The notes under the pieces were generated by a model. It worked only from the letters and a program-made list of their open reading frames with translations, was not told the DNA's origin and searched no databases. DNA of 59,427 nucleotides, the filler included, from Nemertoderma westbladi (taxonomy: Eukaryota; Animalia; Xenacoelomorpha), in NCBI GenBank assembly GCA_032718475.1. It is 3 parts of 3 records of this genome, joined end to end, with 100 filler letters (N's around TTAATTAATTAA, not from the genome) between each part and the next. Parts side by side here need not be neighbours in the genome. Positions count along the whole stretch, not along the records: positions 1 to 24,005 come from JAUCBJ010008195.1; 2 more parts are not named here. One strand, given 5' to 3'. Made by a program: the position numbers and the translations under genes. Within the stretch, counting starts at the first letter, position 1, and the number at the start of each line of letters is the position of its first letter. Shown one piece after another: positions 1 through 11,936 of the stretch.

Positions 1-1788
1 ATCGTAAGTGTACAATAAACAGCGGCTGTGGATGTTACGTTGTGTCTCTTCCTTCATTAGTTTAGATTCGCAACTGGCCATGGCCGTTAATAGCCGCTCC
101 TCTTCAATAAAAGGAATCAATACAACAGCTTCCCAATCCTGCGTCTTTCCATTTAGATCCGTCTCGAATGTCTCCGGGTAGTAATCCAGCACTGGGGAGG
201 TCTCGCTGGTCATTAAACCACGGTACGCCAGTGGGAGCAGCTCCTTGCTCGCGGGTGGGAGCACAGCCAGTAGTTGTTGGAAGGGGAGGAACGGGCGACC
301 CAATTCGATATTTACATTCATTAGGGAAATGTGGTTCCTCGTAAGGTCTGATACGTAGGGCGCGTAATGGTAGGGGTAGTACCAGGACCAACTCTTACAG
401 CCCACATAGTAGTACAGCAAGTTCCACTGAATAGCCGATACATAATCGCAGCACAACTCGTGTATAAACACCTCCAGATTATCCATCTGTTTGAACTTCT
501 TCTCGTAGTAAGTCTTCTTCCACAGTTTGTGTTCAATAGTAAACTGATCATCATCTTCAGCTGTGCCACTGTCACCATTATCATCATCGTTTATGGCAAC
601 AACATCATTGACAACGGCATCAATTATTTCAATATTATCAACATCTTCTTCAAACAACTCTTTAGCCACAGACTTATTTTTCTTTCTTTTACCCTGAAAC
701 CATTTACAATCAGCGTATTCGTTAAGGAATGTATCTTCATCGAAGATCTGCGCCACTTTCTTGAGATACTCTTCGAATCGTTGTAGGTTCAGGATGCCCC
801 TCTCGTTTAAGTAACCGCTTTGGTTGGGCAGCACCTGGATGTAAGCGGAGTACAACTTCGGTAAGACGTTCTTTTGTATGTGGAGATCAGGGAGATGAGG
901 AATAAAATCGTTACCAACCAAGAAACCCATAAGCAACCAATCGTCTATGATACTCTCCAAGTTGAAATCGAACGGCATGTTGGTTTGTTTCAACGGGCTG
1001 AACTCGTATGCGATATATTCCCTCATCAACGATAGGTGTAGCAAATGGAAGACTTGCTCTTCTGCGGTGGTCGTGCGTTTACTGCGACTGCGTTTATTGT
1101 ACTTAATCTCCTCTCGTAGCAATGAGAAATGCGGCTCGTGTGTGGACAGCCCGAGCATAATAAGGTCGGCGTCTAGGCCGTACAGGCAGTGTCTCGTGTT
1201 CGGGTTGTAATCGGGACTGGACCGCTCACTACGGATAAAGTCCATAATCTTATGTTCACCTTCCCCAGGTGTTTCGTGACCCGAAAGGTAAACTTTAATC
1301 CGACGCCACGCTTTATCAGTGGTCACCTTCATATGAACAAAATATTCCAACTGTTTCTGCAGCCGATCCATGAATTCGGTCCCCGGTGTTATACAGTTTG
1401 TGTCGAAGCGAGCAACTTCTGGAAGGGTCTCTCCTTTTTTAATCGCTTCCTGCTCTCGCATTTTCACTTCCCGCGCTGACCTATACCTTCTTCCCCTCTG
1501 CTGGTTCATCTTCGCCCGGGGCGCGACTCCATCCACAGCCATAAATAAAATCTTTGTTGGCTTAATGATGCGGAACAAGGTTTCAATGTAGCTAAAAATA
1601 TCCTTGAATATATTCTCTTCCGATATACGGAAATGCGCATCTTCGTCGTTGGGGTGGGAACATGTGTGAATAATTCCATTCATGTCGAAGTAAAGATTAT
1701 CAAACTCTGGAATTTGATTTTCCCTCACCACTTCGCTGAGACATGGATAACGTTCACTAATATAGCGATAAAATTTCGGGACCCCCAT
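1..1788 (-). CDS. XRN1: 5'-3' exoribonuclease 1, N-terminal 596 codons (runs off the window start; no intron in this span)
   Basis: Manual minus-strand translation from ATG at 1788: MGVPKFYRYISERYPCLSEVVRENQIPEFDNLYFDMNGIIHTCSHP...AVDGVAPRAKMNQQRGRR...PGEGEHKIMDFIR...YGLDADLIMLGL...GNDFIPHLP...SWSWYYPYHYAP...DLNGKTQDWEAVVLIPFI. These are XRN catalytic motifs with an XRN1-type N-terminus. Absent from the ORF track because its stop lies outside the window. Confidence 0.97.
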   Translation of the reverse strand, partial: MGVPKFYRYISERYPCLSEVVRENQIPEFDNLYFDMNGIIHTCSHPNDEDAHFRISEENIFKDIFSYIETLFRIIKPTKILFMAVDGVAPRAKMNQQRGRRYRSAREVKMREQEAIKKGETLPEVARFDTNCITPGTEFMDRLQKQLEYFVHMKVTTDKAWRRIKVYLSGHETPGEGEHKIMDFIRSERSSPDYNPNTRHCLYGLDADLIMLGLSTHEPHFSLLREEIKYNKRSRSKRTTTAEEQVFHLLHLSLMREYIAYEFSPLKQTNMPFDFNLESIIDDWLLMGFLVGNDFIPHLPDLHIQKNVLPKLYSAYIQVLPNQSGYLNERGILNLQRFEEYLKKVAQIFDEDTFLNEYADCKWFQGKRKKNKSVAKELFEEDVDNIEIIDAVVNDVVAINDDDNGDSGTAEDDDQFTIEHKLWKKTYYEKKFKQMDNLEVFIHELCCDYVSAIQWNLLYYYVGCKSWSWYYPYHYAPYVSDLTRNHISLMNVNIELGRPFLPFQQLLAVLPPASKELLPLAYRGLMTSETSPVLDYYPETFETDLNGKTQDWEAVVLIPFIEEERLLTAMASCESKLMKEETQRNIHSRCLLYTYD

Positions 1789-2075
1789 TGCATAAACACT
1801 GGTTGCAGTAGTTGTGAAGCGTAGTGTACAGAGTGTACCTAGGCGGATTGTGTAAATATATATTGCTGTATTGTTGTTGTTGTATATATATATATATCAG
1901 TATATCATAATAATAAATGGTAAGTAAATATCAGTGTATCATATCATATAGCCTATATTATACAGTTAATATACCGGTATCGTATATCAGTCTGTCAGCT
2001 TACTGGCTTAAATCACTTACCGTACCGTACATCTATCAAATCAACCGAAAAATAACAGTTAATCAGTTAATCATT

Positions 2076-2592
2076 CAGTCGGGGAGAGGAGAAGTTATAT
2101 TTTCAACTGAGTTGAAATTTCAACTTTTTAAAATTCAACTTTTTATTAAAATTCAACTTTTGGAGTAGAGTTTAAAATTCAACTTTTTTGTAAAATTCAA
2201 CTTTTGGAGTGGCTTTGGAAATACTGAAATATGGAATTGGAATCCATTACTGGTATTCCATTGTATAATAATTATGACAAACAGCGGTAATTTCATACAT
2301 TTAATAAATTCCCGTAGTATTTCAGTTCAGCTAATTTGCAAATGTAATCACTTAAAATGTTTAAAAAAAAGTATTCCCGACGGTGAAAGTTTTTATTCCA
2401 TCGGTAATGAGGGTTAATTTTTCGAGTTACATCCATAAAAACAATAAAAACACCCCTTCTGCTGTTCTGTGACGTCTTGGGACCCTTCTGCGCCTCCTGC
2501 CATTTTAGAGTTGAATTTACAACTTCAAAGTTGAATTTAAAAAAAAAGTTTTAAATTTCAACTCAGTTGAAATTTGAACTTCTCCCCGACTG
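2076..2592. mobile_element. Non-autonomous TIR DNA transposon with 5-bp TSD (hAT5-like)
   Basis: Inverted termini CAGTCGGGGAGA(GGAGA)AGTT..TTTCAACTGAGTTGAAATTT; TSD TCATT at 2071-2075 and 2593-2597; subterminal AAAATTCAACTTT repeats. Confidence 0.8.
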
Positions 2593-3621
2593 TCATTAGG
2601 AATTTCAATTTCTGAATTTAAAAGCTTAAAGCAGTCTATTGTTTGTTTCGATGTTGGTAACATATTTAGATATCGATTTCCGAGATATAACTGTATAACA
2701 CACAATTTATAATAAATTTGCATGAACTGATGAAAATAGATTAGTTCAACTACTGAATTGTGGTTATCTCTATCTGTGTATGTGTGTTGTGTGTATAACC
2801 ATCCAATATCTTAAAAAACTCAAGCAAGTACGCAAAAATTTTAATAACAAACTCTACATAGATTTTTGTTGCGCACAAGACTGCAAGACAAGACTGTATA
2901 TTTTTTGTGGTGTTTCGATCATGGGATCACTGAAAAATAGCTGTTTTGAAAATTTAATGTCGAATTTCACCGATTTCAACTCGTCGAGTATGCACCAACT
3001 TTTTTATTTGGGCTACCGGCAGACCGGTATTCAGTCATTTGAGCAACATATTTGAGCCTCAGAATCTTTTCAAATATCGCTAATCTCGCACAGAACGTCG
3101 CCAAAATTTGTTAGTCCGGCAAAAAAACGCACTAATTCGTCTAACAGTCTAAAAGAGTAAATTATTGGTTGCAGAATAATATGATTCAACTAGAAAAGCC
3201 AGCAAGCTGGCTATAAGGAGAGCGTCCATAGACAAACGTAGTGTTAGTTGGGTCCCTCCTCATTCATTATCATCAACCTGAACCTATAAAACATTTGAAC
3301 GGCCCAGTGCTTACAATGATATTCCCATAGGATTCACTGGGAAGAGCTATTCAGCTTATGGGGTAATACATTATACAAAATAACAGTTGATATTTGATTA
3401 GGCCTACTGTCTGGGTTAGAGTGAGATAGTAATAAATTAGGTAATTAATTAAGTTAATTATTTTCATTTTCATTTTCATTAATTATTAAGTCAATTAGCA
3501 AAGCAAAGCAAGCAAAATATTTATATATAATATATATAATATAATATATAAATAATATATAAAATAATATATATAGGCCTAATATAATATATAATAATAT
3601 TTTTATGGCAAAATATGTCAT

Positions 3622-3962
3622 ATTTAACAAGTTAAATTGCACTTTAAAAACGAAAAAGACCTTCATTGCATAGTGACATCCTGACACCAGTAAGTAAGAC
3701 AATACATTTTAGAAAAAAACTGGAAACTAAAACAATGAATTTAAGCACAAATTTTGCAAATTTAAGGTTTAAGTAAAGATAAAATATTTTAGAAAATTCA
3801 ACATATAACAATATTTAACAAGTTAAATTAAAGTTTAAAAACGAAAAAGACTTTCATTGCATTGTGACATCCTGACACCAGTAATTAAGACAAAATGTTT
3901 TAGAAAAAACTGCAAACTAAATCAATGAATTTAAGCACAAATTTTGCAAAACCAACGTTTAA
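3622..3962. repeat. Two-copy tandem duplication, period about 190 bp
   Basis: ATTTAACAAGTTAAATT...GTGACATCCTGACACCAGTAA...GAATTTAAGCACAAATTTTGCAAA occurs at ~3622 and ~3813. Confidence 0.8.
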
Positions 3963-4105
3963 GTCACAGGTATCAGAACATTTTCGCCTACAATACAGCA
4001 ATATACCATATATAATATATATGTATCAAGTCACCCCATTTTGAGACACACTTTCAAAAAACGGGCACTCTACCCCCAATTCATTGGGGGTAGAGTCACC
4101 CCCCA

Positions 4106-4308
4106 TTAAAAAAAGTATTCCCGACGGTGAAAGTTTTTATTCCATCGATAATGAGGGTTAATTTTTCGAGTTACATCCATAAAAACAATCAAAACACCCC
4201 TTCTGTGACGTCTTGGGGGCCTTCTGCGCCTCCTGCCATTTTAGAGTTGAATTTTAAAAAAAAGTTTTAAATTTCAACTCAGTTGAAATTTGAACTTCTC
4301 CCTGACTG
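4106..4308. mobile_element. Partial second copy (right end) of the 2076-2592 element
   Basis: Near-identical to ~2361-2592 (AGTATTCCCGACGGTGAAAG...TTGAACTTCTCCCTGACTG); no matching left end seen. Confidence 0.75.
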
Positions 4309-5104
4309 TCATGCTGTCATGGTTATTCTAATATGTTTGTATTATCCTCTATATAATCTGATAATCAACCCGTTTTAGTATTGATTCATATCATCGTATA
4401 GCTGTATAGCAGTCTGGCAGTATAGTAAGTATGTCTAATGTTCTATGTCTAGGCAACTAGGCTATAGAGTGTAATGTAAGATAAGTAGGGCCTAAGTGGT
4501 AATAGTAGCCCATAATACAGTAGTGGAATTATCAACTAGAGTGTCATATTTTCAGTCACTAGACAATCTTTAGTCTTTAGTAGGGCTCAACAGAAGCTTC
4601 GGCTTCGGTTCGGTTCGGGTCGAAGTTTGGCAATTTCGGTTCGGTTCGGCTTCTGCAATTGATGCTGCAGAAGCCCGGAGCAAACTTTGCTAAATATTCC
4701 AAATATTACATTGACTGATTGAGCTAAGACCAGAAGACAGTAAGACTAATCAATCTGTCCATCGTTGTCAGGTTGTACTAATTAATTTTGGAGTGTAACT
4801 GCAAACGTTAAGCAGACACTGGTGCAGACAGGCAAAGCAGACAGTGGTGCAGACAGTGGTGCAGACAGAGATGCAGACAGTGGCAGACACCTGGTGCAGA
4901 CAGTGGTGCACGCACTGGTGCAGACAGTAGTGCAGACAGTGGTGCAGACACAGGTGCAGACAGTGGTGCAGACACTGGTCCAGACAGTGGTGCAGACACT
5001 TGGTGCAGACAGTGGTGCAGACACTGGTGCAGACAGTGGTGCAGACACTGGTGCAGACAGTGGTGCAGACAGTGGTGCAGACACTGGTGCAGACACTGGT
5101 GCAG

Positions 5105-5640
5105 AGACCTTTGCGCAGCATGTGGCGAACTGTAACATTGTGTAACAATCTGTTGAAACGTTTGAAAGACCTTCGCGCAGCACGTGGCGCACTGTAACAT
5201 TGTGTAACAAGCTGTTCAAATGTTTAAGAGACCTTCGCACAGCACGTGGCTTACTGTAACATTGTGTAACAATCTGTTGAAACGTTTGAGAGACCTTCGC
5301 GCAGCACGTGGCGCACTGTAACATTGTGTAACAAGCTGTTCAAATCGCGCAGCATGTGGCTTACTGTAACATTGTGTAACAATCTTTTGAAACTTTTGAG
5401 AGACCTTCGCGTAGCACGTGGCGCACTGTAACATTGTGTAACAAGCTGTTGAAACGTTAAGAGACCTTCGCGCAGCACGTGGCGTGCTCCAACATTGTGT
5501 AACAAACTGTTGAAACGTTTAAGATACCTTCGCGTTCGCGCAGTATGTGAGATACTAAAACAATCTGTTGAAACGGTTCAAAGGCCTTCGCGCAGCACAT
5601 GAGACACTAAAACAATATATTATTGAAACGATTAAGAGGT
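5105..5640. repeat. ~60-bp tandem minisatellite inside the foldback element
   Basis: About 8-9 copies of GAGACCTTCGCGCAGCACGTGGCGCACTGTAACATTGTGTAACAATCTGTTGAAACGTTT, degenerating to the right. Confidence 0.85.
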
Positions 5641-5689
5641 CTATTTATTTTCCATCATAGCTAACACCCCAATTCATGATATTGGCTGA

Positions 5690-5901
5690 GGCTGATTGAA
5701 TGGGATAATCTTTTTAGGCTCATTAAGCCAAGGAATGCCTGTTCACCACCATGGATAATATTCTATAGTAAACCTCTTCCATTATGTTTTCCAAAGTTGC
5801 CTTGGTTCCCATTTATCGACCACTCACAAGGACCATCTAGGGATCGAAACTGGGCTTCCTAATTGGAAGCCCAGGAATGTCACCAATAGACCAAGCTGCT
5901 G
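5690..5901 (-). mobile_element. Degenerate tRNA-derived SINE (boundaries approximate)
   Basis: Minus strand TGGTCTATTGG (A-box-like) ... GTTTCGATCCC (B-box-like), followed by GGTCGATAAATGGGAACC, which resembles the core of the SINE at 35105. Confidence 0.45.
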
Positions 5902-7157
5902 CTTGGTCTAGGGTCTAGCTGCAGCTGTGCTTCTAGCGTAAAACTGTGCTGTACAGCTGCACAGGGTACAGCTCTAGTCGTGCCCATATAGCCTTATGGT
6001 CGGACCCCTGTACCTTGTTACTTGTGTTACAGCAGTCATCCTCCATAGCATCTCTGCAAACAAAGTCCAATCTTGGAATGTATGAATACTGTACATTTCT
6101 GCAAAAGCATGGTAGGAATAATGAATTTGGCACAAAAAACATATTTATTGAAAAATGATAGAATTTATAATGGAATTTTATATACTTACAGGACTTTAAA
6201 ATATATTTTTTTAATTTAGAAAAGTCAAATTTTGGAGTGTATTCCGATTTCGGAATCTACCCTCGCACAATGTTCCAAAATTGTAATAAGTCCAAAATCG
6301 CCTATATCACCGACTGCCAGTGTCTGCACCACTGTCTGCACCACTGTCTGCACCAGGTGTCTGCTCTGCACCACTGTCTGCACCACTGTCTGCACGCTGC
6401 ACCACTGTCTGCACCAGTGTCTGCACCACTGGCCGCACCAGGTGTCTGCAGTCTGCACCACTGTCTGCACCACTGTCTGCACCACTGTCTGCTTAACGTT
6501 TACACCCTTAATTTTGGACTGAACTTCCATTTAAATGGCATTATTTTTTTAATTGTTTCCAGGTTACTTGGGTAGTTTAAAAATTAGCTTAATTATATAG
6601 TAGTTTAGGTTAGGCTAAATATTGCTGTTTTACTTTGTAGTAGGCCTACCTATATTTTTTAATTAATCATAACTTTGACACATAATACCAAATATACCTA
6701 CTACCTCATATAAATAGTATTACAAAGACTACCTGTACTTTTAGTGAGGTTTTCTAAATTTGATGTCACTACTGCACGGCTTACTTTACTACAGGTGAAA
6801 ATGTGGTGCATACAGTAAGTACTGAAGTATACAGTAGTTTAGGTTAGTAATGTACAGTAATGTAAATATTGCCATTTTATTTTGTAGTATATACTTATTT
6901 TTTTAATTAATCATAGCTTGGTTGCTAAGTCCGCAGACCAAAATAGGTACCAGTCTGCCACTGCCAGTCAGCCAGTATAGTTACGTAAATACGAATTTAT
7001 GACCATAACTTGCTAACTTTCTGAACTTCGGTTCGGATTCGGTTCGGTTCGGCCCGAAGTTGGCCCTGCTTCGGTTCGGTTCGGTTCGGCCCCATAAAGT
7101 GCCTTCTGTTGAACCCTAGTCTTTAGTACTGTAGGACTGTGGTATATTATAACATTA

Positions 7158-7819
7158 CACGAAAATCGAGACGGGGGGGGGGGGGGGGGGGGGGGGGAGA
7201 GGGGAACTGGACGCAAAACCCGCCTTGGCGAATTAATATCCCGCCCCGCCTCAATGTTAAATTCTTAATTTAGGGAAAGGAGCAGGTTACAGTGGCACGT
7301 TATTTTAACCAAAACAATAAACTAAACACAATATAACAGGTTACAGTGTTGTATTTTTTGAGAGTAATCAGCTGTTATTTTGCATCTAATTTCCCCTGGA
7401 GAGGGATGAATTTTTATTGCGTCCAGTTCCCCCCCCCCCCTATCTGCGAAAATCACAACCAGACAACCAGCAGATTTTTGCGATATTCTGATATTTATCA
7501 ATTTATGCGTCATGACGCATTAAAGTCAGAAAGTCGCAAGTGAATCACATGTGAGCTTTATGCGCCAGAACGCAAGTTGTTGCGATATATATGCGACAAT
7601 AACTGTATAACTCGAGTAAACGCATGTAAGTCACAAGTGAATCTCAAGTGAATCGCATGTGAATTTTATGCGACTGTTGCGATATTTATGTGACATAACT
7701 CAAGTACAGCAAGTAGGTCGCTTTCGTAAAGGGGCCGGCCATAACGCTTGGAAATCAAATCAGATACACCTGCGTCGCACGCTTGATGCTTGTGATACTC
7801 TTGCGCACTTTTCACTGGG
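7158..7819 (+). mobile_element. CMC/EnSpm-like non-autonomous element (CAC...GGG ends), interrupted by the MITE at 7168-7446
   Basis: After removing the insertion it reads TA|CACGAAAATCACAACCAG...GCGCACTTTTCACTGGG; reverse-complement homologue at 36092-36351. The superfamily call is inference from the termini. Confidence 0.6.
7168..7446 (+). mobile_element. MITE with poly-G/poly-C TIRs and 8-bp TSD (copy 1)
   Basis: GAGAC(G)n..ACTGGACGCAA / TTGCGTCCAGTT(C)nTATCTG; TSD CGAAAATC (7160-7167, 7447-7454); same family at 34098 and 42979. Confidence 0.85.
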
Positions 7820-8196
7820 TTCTTACCACGCATGCCATACTGCATACCAGCATACATCACATTAGTACATACTGACATACAGACAGAGTTAGTTCAGCAC
7901 TACTGGTAGCAGTGTAGTGTACCGACAGACCGGACCAACACACCGACCTGCCAGCCTGCCGACAGCCGCGGTGTACAAGCTGAGATAACTCCCTCTTGAA
8001 ATGACTGGAATACATACACTTTGCGCCGGATTAATCCGGCACGCTTTACAATACTATGCAATAAAATAGCGCCAGTGTGGCGCGTGGTGCGCTCGAAAAT
8101 CGCAAAACGCGCTGGTTTGGCGCGACCGCGCGAGGTGCTCCCAAAAATAAAAACCGGCGCCGATTTGTTGGTCAGTTGGTTTACAGACTGACAGAT

Positions 8197-8594
8197 AGGA
8201 ACTTCCTGCCAAAAAGGGGCTGTCCTAATAGCGAATACCAACTGACCAAGGCTGGATTTACCACAGAAAGACTGTATCTAGACATGTTTTTGTTGACGAT
8301 TACTCCCCATAGAGATCATAGTTAAAACTGTAAAACCCATACAGGACAGCCAAAATGGGGAAGGAATATGATTAATTGTTAATTAAAACAAAAGCATGCA
8401 TAATAATTCAATTTTTTTTCATACATAATACTGTAATACAGTAATATAAAGTTAGAAATCCTGTATCTGCTGGTTGTTATAATATAGCAGAGGCGCCACC
8501 AAACAGCCAAAATATTTAATTGTTTTTATTTAACTGCCCCTTTATTTTAAATTAAAGGGGCTGTCTGGACAGCACCTTTTGGCAGGAAGTTCCT
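8197..8594. mobile_element. MITE, ~400 bp
   Basis: TIR AGGAACTTCCTGCCAAAA(A)GG(G/T)GCTGTCC at both ends; flanks CAGAT/CAGTT (imperfect TSD). Confidence 0.7.
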
Positions 8595-8630
8595 CAGTTC
8601 CTAGCTGGTTTAACAATTACGGAAGCCCGT

Positions 8631-10552
8631 CAGTCGGTGAGAAGTCAAAAATTGGACTTGAGTCCAAAATTGGACTTCGACTCCAGTTCAAGTCCAAAAT
8701 TGGACTTCTGTGAGTCCAATATTGGACTTCAAATCAGCCAATTGTTCCAGGGCCTTGGGTAATTGGATCGGGCGGGATTTTTTTTTTTTAATCGAAAATA
8801 TATCAAAAAATAAGAGTTTTGAACAGGGGGACCTGAAATTCACCAGGGGGAACTTTTTTTATAAGGCTTTGAATTTTTACAAAAGTCCAATATTGGACTT
8901 TAAGTCTAATTTTGGACGTGACATTGAGAATCAAACTTAAAGGTACATGAAGCATGACGATGACACAGCCAGACAGCTATTAAGTTATGAAAAGTTACCT
9001 TTGCAGCTCTGTATGTATCTTCAGTGTACTGTACTTAGAATATAGGCTAAATGGTACATTCTAGCATTCTAGGTACTTTGTACTTTACTTTTAGCATATT
9101 GTTTAGATTTCATGTTATGTCTAACCTTACAGCCTTATGTACCCAGGATTTTTGACTCTTCTTTAGGACTAGATTAGCCTAGATTATGCTCCAACAAATA
9201 TTTAATTACATATTATATTTGGTGGAAACTGGTAGCAATGCCAGGTTTGCCAACAACAGCTGCTGCCAAGGCTAACTACAGTACAAGCTATGATTTCGTC
9301 TAAGCCTATGGGAGCCCTATCAGAAAGAAATACTACAAGTTGATGCTACCACCATCTCTTCTAATTTTTCCATACAACAGCTAAGGGTGTTTTAAAACAG
9401 CTGTATAATGAAAGGGGATTAGCAACTGATTAACGTGTTGGGGTCTCCACATAATAAGTACAGAAGTAAGAAGTAGGTAACACACGTCATAATTATAAAC
9501 CAATTGAGGGAAAGGAACAGGTTACAGAGGCAGGCTTTTCTAACTAAAACAATAAACGGCCACTTTTGACTTTACCAATTGAAGGAGCCCTATCACCTCA
9601 CCACATACTATACTACTACAATTTTTGGCATGCTGCATTACAGCTGCATTATATATATAGACCCTATTACTGTATTAAGAATGCTGTGCCGGCTTGTTGA
9701 CAAAAGTGCGCCTCCACAACTCCCTTACACTCTTACAGCCTTATCACCCATGACATTCTGACATTTGCTAGATCATCCGCATTTTCAAGGCCAGTGTCCT
9801 TTAAGACAGTAAGAAAGATGCGTCTCAAGAAAGTCATTTGCTGTCCACCATGCTTATTCACTCCATGAGGTGCACTGGCTGGTCCTCACGGCTTAAAAGC
9901 GATGTCCTGCAAAGCGGAGGCTGCTTTGTTCTAGTGTCAAGCTTGGGGGAACCAATGACTGAATGAGACACCTCCAACTCCAATGTTATATAGTGTCTGG
10001 TTGGAGATGCAGAGATGTGTATATTGTACTTGACAGTGAACCTAATCAAAACAATTAGTCAATAAACATTAACTCAATTACATAATAGGTTACAGTTTTC
10101 AGTAGTCTTATTTTTGCCATACTGCCATACGAAAATACCACAGGTATGGGTATGAATGAACTATACAGCTATAACTCAACTACCGCTACCGCTGTATACA
10201 CCTCTAAGGCAGTAAGGCTACCGCAAAGCCATACCACTACCGCAAAAAGTAACTACTGATGTCTGACTGTACGTACGTGTGCGATCCCTGCTTATTATAA
10301 TACTTATAATAATTAATTTGATCATTAAAATAATGTTGCATTGTAATTATGTAATATATATGTACTGACAGACTGATACGGGATGCAGTTTTGATTTAAA
10401 TACCGATAGGCCCTATACAGTATGGCAGGGGCAGCCGCAGCATGGGTACACTTGAAGTTGTACTAAAGTCCAATATTGGACTTTGGAGTCCAAAATTGGA
10501 CTTGAAGTCTAAAATTGGACTTGAAGTCCAATTTTTGACTTCTCACCGACTG
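8631..10552. mobile_element. Non-autonomous TIR DNA transposon with 5-bp TSD (hAT5-like)
   Basis: Perfect TIR CAGTCGGTGAGAAGTCAAAAATTGGACTT; TSD CCCGT (8626-8630, 10553-10557); subterminal palindromic AAGTCCAAAATTGGACTT repeats. Confidence 0.88.
9601..10035 (-). mobile_element. Decayed 3' fragment of an RTE-clade LINE, inside the 8631-10552 element
   Basis: Clear similarity to 48611-48975 (GGCATGCTGCATT..., TGCCGGCTTG..., GATGCGTCTCAAGAAA..., TTCTAGTGTCAAGCTTGGGGGAACCAATGA). Confidence 0.85.
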
Positions 10553-11936
10553 CCCGTGGCAGGGACAGAGGGAAGTGCCTTAAAAATTGCAATACCTGAT
10601 TATTGCTGCCTTGCCTACTTGTATCTTGTACTGTACCTGTCAAAAAATTTCGGCTCGTTTCGCTCGCCTTTCTTTTTCCTATTTACAGTACAGTATATCA
10701 GTATATGGTTTGGTTACTTACAGTTAGGTACAATGGCCAAATCTGGCATCTGACATTGATTGTGATTGCCATATTTGGCAATGGCAACCAAGCCAAATCT
10801 GGCAACATTTCTGATTGCCTGATTTGGCAACTATAGGCCTATAAACCCGTTGTTGCCATATTTGGCAACTTAACTAACTCATTGAATATGGCTTATACTG
10901 TACAGCTGTATGTTTCAGCTTCTGGCGTCTGCATCATCATTTGAAGTCCTTTAGTCATTCCTTAGATCCTGACACTGCCTGAAGGATAGGCAGAGGAGGG
11001 CCAGCTTATTTATACCCATACTTATAGTCAGACAGTCATAACTGCAGTCAGATAGTGGCATATTCTAATCAATATACTGATATACTGATATAGGCCTACC
11101 GTAATAAATGAGAGAAAATAACACGAACACAGCAACACAGGCTGACAGGTGATAGTTTATTTTTGCTTGCAATCTATGGCGCTGCTTGGGGAGTTTGGTT
11201 GATTTGTTGCTTGTACCAGTCTGCCAGTAATAGTTAAAGATTGTAACTGTGTAATGCTGATTCAATTGCCCTGCAATCCAAACCATCCTGACTCTGACTT
11301 ACCGCCAAAATTTAGGCAGATAGGTGGCAGATCTGATCTGCCACCCTTTCCAGTACAAATTACATCTCTTTCAATCATATGAATTTCCCGCGCTATGGAG
11401 CAGGGTGGCACCTTTTAGGGACTTGTGGTTTTATACTGTAATTAACAGCAAACGTCGTTCTGATTTATATGTTTATTAAGAAATAAAGTGCCAAGTGCCA
11501 TCATCGCGGGGTCTATAGTCTACCAGTCTACTACCTGACCACCCTATGCTGCTCTGCCCCTCTTTATCAACGGTACAGGACAGGACAGCCATAGGGACTT
11601 GAACAGTACTTCAGCTTCAGAATTGAAATGTTTTGGATGTTTTGTTTTGAAAAGTAAAAAATATACAGTAGAAATCTGGAAGTTTGATTGTCAGTTTGTT
11701 TTAATTTTTCAGGCAGTCACATCCCACCAACCCACAGTCCCTTCCCACTATCCCACGGAAATCTGTTTCATTATATATCATCAGTGGCGGATCTAGGACC
11801 CAAATCTCATCTCGGATTAATTCCCCTCTCGATGATGGGAATTAATTATTAATCCGAAGATATCAGGATATTCATATTCTATCTCGAATTAACAGCAAAA
11901 CAATAAACAAAAGTCAATACCGGTTCAGCAATAGCA

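Larger units (their letters stand above)
4791..6507. mobile_element. Foldback/Mutator-like element nested in the hAT
   Basis: 9-bp TSD TTAATTTTG (4782-4790, 6508-6516); termini GAGTGTAA.../...TTTACACCC; inverted arms made of 12-bp CAGACAGTGGTG repeats (~4812-5104 versus ~6317-6492). Confidence 0.8.
4581..7118. mobile_element. Non-autonomous hAT transposon (TAGGG termini)
   Basis: TIR TAGGG(C/T)TCAACAGAAG at both ends; 8-bp TSD GTCTTTAG at 4573-4580 and 7119-7126; subterminal (TTCGG)n arrays. Confidence 0.9.

Noticed and set aside
104-1824. Short ORFs overlapping 1-1800 in the ORF track
   Set aside because: Antisense or alternative-frame shadows of XRN1.
4768-6575. Cys/His-rich ORFs (CLHHCLHQ, VCTTVCTS) suggesting metallothionein-like proteins
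   Set aside because: Translations of 12-bp and 60-bp repeats inside a TSD-bounded transposon; open in several frames on both strands.
10730-11410. hAT-like GCCAAATCTGGCAAC repeats and CAGGGTGGCA ends
   Set aside because: No paired termini or TSD could be assigned; too fragmentary to call.
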